Assembly (NCBI GenBank): GCA_964036045.1
Contig: OZ038378.1
Location: forward strand, 3,162,001-3,226,000
Length of the DNA: 64,000 nt
Direction of reading: 5' to 3'
DNA from: Eutreptiella sp. 'Long Island Sound 2002'
Taxonomy: Eukaryota; Protista; Euglenida
Below, piece by piece: positions 60,913 to 64,000 of the stretch. The notes below the pieces were generated by a model. It saw nothing but the letters and a program-made list of their open reading frames with translations. It ran no database searches and was not told the origin of the DNA. The translations under genes were made by a program, and so were the position numbers. Every line of letters begins with the position of its first letter. Positions within the stretch are counted from its first letter, which is position 1.

Positions 60913-61110
60913 TTATGCCAAGCCACGTTCCAGGACCGAAACCATCCTAGGTACAAACATCTCCGAAAATTTCTGACAAAATTCCGGCATTCCGTCTTTA
61001 CCTGCTGAGGAGCCGGCCTTTAGGGTTTCCCATGCCGCAGTCACGACATCCGCCGTGAGCGGCAAACAAACAGCAAGGGCGACACCGCTTTGATCTTGGC
61101 AGGTAGCGGC
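60913..61110 (-). mobile_element. LINE fragment, region immediately N-terminal to the RT core
   Basis: PLTADVVTAAWETLKAGSSAGKDGMPEFCQKFSEMFVPRM matches P.T..E...A...L..GKAPG.DG.P.EFY..F....P. Confidence 0.7.
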
Positions 61111-61379
61111 AAACTTCAAAGATACCCCTTGCACTCCCCCTCCCCCGCCTCCTATCACCCCCGACCAATATTCCGGCAGTCAGTTAGCCCGGCCACTTTT
61201 TTCGACCCAAAATGCAATACTCCTACCAAATGTTTCAAAGAAGACAGATGCTTGCAATCTTGTAGCTAGAGGACTAAATCATGTATTCCCAGACGACGGT
61301 TCTGCTGAGCCTCTGCCCGTTCTGCCTGCGACCTCAATTGCCTTCGCAAACTTGTGACCTGTTTGTTCCGAAATTCTAT

Positions 61380-62233
61380 GGGGGCGCCTCAAGCGCAGTG
61401 CGCGCGCAGTGCAACTATTTGGGCGCCTGGCCGTACTAGAGACCCATACTTTGAGATACTAGGGGCCCCTAGGGGCATCATGGTGACCCGTAGCGGAGGT
61501 TTTGACTTCTGATTTTGTCCCCCTTTGTTTGGGGACCCCTGAGAATGCAGGGGTGACATAGCATTTCCGCCCTCTTTTGGGCCCCAACCTTCCGGTGCTA
61601 TTGAGGAAACCGGGACAATCTTTGATTCCACGCTTTGTTGCATGGAGCATCATGGTGACCCCTAGCGTAGACTTTGTCTTCTGATTTTGTTCCCTTTGTT
61701 GTGGACCCCCGAGAATGCAGGGGTGACGTAGCATTTCCGCCCACATGTATGGACTGCACCTACACAGGAGGACAATGATGATGAGGATGTTGTGGGTGAT
61801 GATGGGGATGTTTGTGCCCTTTGTTGCACCAAGTTTGACCCTGAAAAGATGTTCATGTGTGACAAGTGTGAGCTGCAATATTGTACGGATTGCATTGACA
61901 CACACACATGTGACAATGTGACTTTTCTTTGATTCTGCAACTGTGTCATGTTGTGCACATAAGTTGCGTATTCTCAATGTGTACTTAGTTGACAATGGAA
62001 CAGAGAGACAGTTGTGTGTTCTTGAGGGTGGCGACCAATGCGCTGTTCATGGCTTTTCCAGTTGTGCATGATGTGTGTTATGTGAAGGGAAGGTAGTTTG
62101 CAACTTTCTTGAGCCGGGGCAATTTGGGTCACTTAATTCTAAGGGCGTTTCCAAGGGGTGTGCTTGGGGGCTCTTCGGGGGGAACATAGTCTAAAAGTAG
62201 CGCGCAGTGCGCGCGCAGTGCAAAGATTCCCCC
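61380..62233 (+). mobile_element. Non-autonomous GGGGG/CCCCC element with 3-bp TSD (TAT), copy 2
   Basis: TAT at 61377-61379 and 62234-62236. The 257-bp right arm (61977-62233) and ~125-bp left arm align with copy 1 at 6967-7665. Confidence 0.8.
61741..61932 (+). pseudogene. 5'-truncated cargo reading frame: acidic linker plus Cys/His zinc finger (PHD/AN1/B-box-like spacing)
   Basis: Not in the ORF track (no start codon). Reads EDNDDEDVVGDDGDVCALCCTKFDPEKMFMCDKCELQYCTDCIDTHTC, i.e. C-x2-C-x11-C-x2-C-x4-C-x2-C-x3-H-x-C. Confidence 0.6.
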
Positions 62234-63079
62234 TATTGCCTCCGGCAAGGCATCTCAAAGAGAGTGCTAGAACACTAGAGTCAAACAAGCAAGCTTACAG
62301 TCAACTAATAAGCTAGTCAGTTAGGCAGGCAGTCTATGAGGCAGGCAGGCATGTAGGCAGAAACACCTAGTTTGGTTTTTCTGTTGTTTTCTCTCGGCTA
62401 GTGTGCAGACATCTGCAGCACATAAGAAAAAATTATTGGGACAGCACAACAAGCCAGAAATATTTAGCCGTGCATCCCACAATAAATATATTGGCCATTG
62501 GAACCTTGATTGTATGCAGCAAGGATGCCAACAGCCGTGCCTGCTGGGAGGTCCTGGAGTTCCAGAAAGGCAGGGTGGCTCCAGCCCATGCGCACAGTTC
62601 GCGCATACACCAACTCTTGCTTTGAAGCGGTGCGACCGGTCCAAAGCTAGAAGAAGAGCTGTCCGAAGCTAGTGCAAAAAACTTGGACTGCCTCACCGCC
62701 TCCCCCTCGGATGTGTGGACAGGTGCAACAATGGTGTGCATATTCCTGCGTGCTGAATATTTTGAGCGGTAAGCTGGTGCCACTACCCCGCCAACCATTG
62801 TTGTGGTTGCTGCATCCTCCTCCAAATCATTAACTGGCCCACACCACTTCACAATGCGGTGAAGCAAACAGAACAAGCCCGAGATAGCATTGCTGGTTAG
62901 GGTAGGCCACCAGTGACCGTGGTAGAAGCACCATCCAAAAGAACTAGCCCTGCCTGTCAAAATGAAGGGACCGATTTGACCCAGACAAAGACAGAGAGAA
63001 GGGACCAATTGGCAACCATCGGCACTGGCCAAAAAGTCAGCTAATGTCGGCCAGTCGCGAAAATCCCATTTTGTCAGTT

Positions 63080-63355
63080 GGCTAGTTCGGCGAGCAAGTT
63101 CATCAACGGAACTTGGGGGAACGGTGGCGAAGCTGTGGAGACATGGGGAAAATGGGACTGGGAAAAATTGGAAATTGGTCCCAATTTGTCCCATTTTTGT
63201 CCGATTTTCCTCCCGTTTCCTACCAATTTCACACATTTTTTATACATTTGCCACAAAATATTTATGGCAATTTCCCAAAAGTCCCCATTTCCCCCCATTT
63301 TCCCCCGCTTCCCCCCATTTTGCCACCATTTCCCATTTTCCCCATTTTCCTTCAC
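63080..63355. repeat. Low-complexity ggaaaatggg/cccattttcc repeat element with inverted arms
   Basis: The purine-rich left half mirrors the pyrimidine-rich right half. Confidence 0.55.
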
Positions 63356-63847
63356 CTCTGCGGGTAGTCGGCTAATTTGGCTGCGGCTGACACCGATGCC
63401 TGAACAGTTGGACCCAGCCAGTCAAAAGAAAGAAGAAGAAAGTGCCCTCACCTTCCAATCGTCCGCTTTTTGTTTGCAGCCCCTTCATGGTATGAAAATA
63501 GAGCTATGTGGGGCCCATGGAAGCCCCCTTGTGGGTCGTGGACAAATCCTATGGCCTACCCCACGGCCGCACATCCGTGGGTTCAATCCACTGCAGCCCA
63601 CGCAAGCGCCGTCAACAGCGCTTGGGGCTGCAGAAATTGCGCTTCTGTGGAGCACTCGCTTGAACAGTGCCCGCATCCATGGCTTTGCTGGCGTTGCGGC
63701 CAATCGGGGCACACGCATCATGTTTGTCGCACGCCGGACAGTGCACTTCACAATATCTGGAATGGCTACTACACAGGGCATTCCTATCCCAATGGGTCAG
63801 ATTATCCACCAACTCCCAAGGCTCCACCAAACTCAGTGTCCAGGTCC

Positions 63848-64000
63848 ACTCCAATACCCCCCCAATCCCACACAGCGGCCCAGCTCCACGCGTCCACCAC
63901 TCCAATACCCCCCCAATCCCACACAACGGCCCAGCTCCACGCGTCCACCACTCCAATACCCCCCCAGTCCCACACAGCGGCCCAGCTCCACGCGTCCACC
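63848..64000. repeat. 51-bp minisatellite, at least 3 copies, running to the window edge
   Basis: Unit actccaatacccccccaatcccacacagcggcccagctccacgcgtccacc at 63848, 63899 and 63950. Confidence 0.9.

Noticed and set aside
62340-63060. Coding-like tract including the 267-aa minus-strand ORF
   Set aside because: The ORF starts in a low-complexity repeat, has no recognisable domain, and the opposite-strand frames are interrupted.

Overview
Repeat-dense eukaryotic nuclear DNA, not prokaryotic. A euglenid-type protist is my inference, from TTAGGG-type repeats, pyrimidine-tract/AG acceptors just upstream of start codons (consistent with SL trans-splicing) and repeat families I recall from euglenid sequence; this is unverified. 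Most supplied ORFs are artefacts of GC-rich repeats. Supportable genes are: an intronless FkbM-family methyltransferase (2030-3070); a 3-exon GT77-like nucleotide-diphospho-sugar transferase (17870-26165); an apparently stand-alone allophanate-hydrolase C-terminal domain (41947-42366); and three identical copies of a short winged-helix linker histone H1. The H1 copies lie in a 4706-bp tandem amplicon (48023-60588) embedded in a ~104/142-bp satellite. The rest is LINE debris (APE, RT, RNase H and Zn-finger pieces), MITEs, a palindromic 28-bp satellite with a fold-back inversion, interstitial telomeric tracts and minisatellites. The most interesting observations are the satellite-embedded H1 amplicon and a GGGGG...CCCCC element family with 3-bp TSDs whose two copies carry different small cargo domains (Tudor-like versus Cys/His zinc finger).
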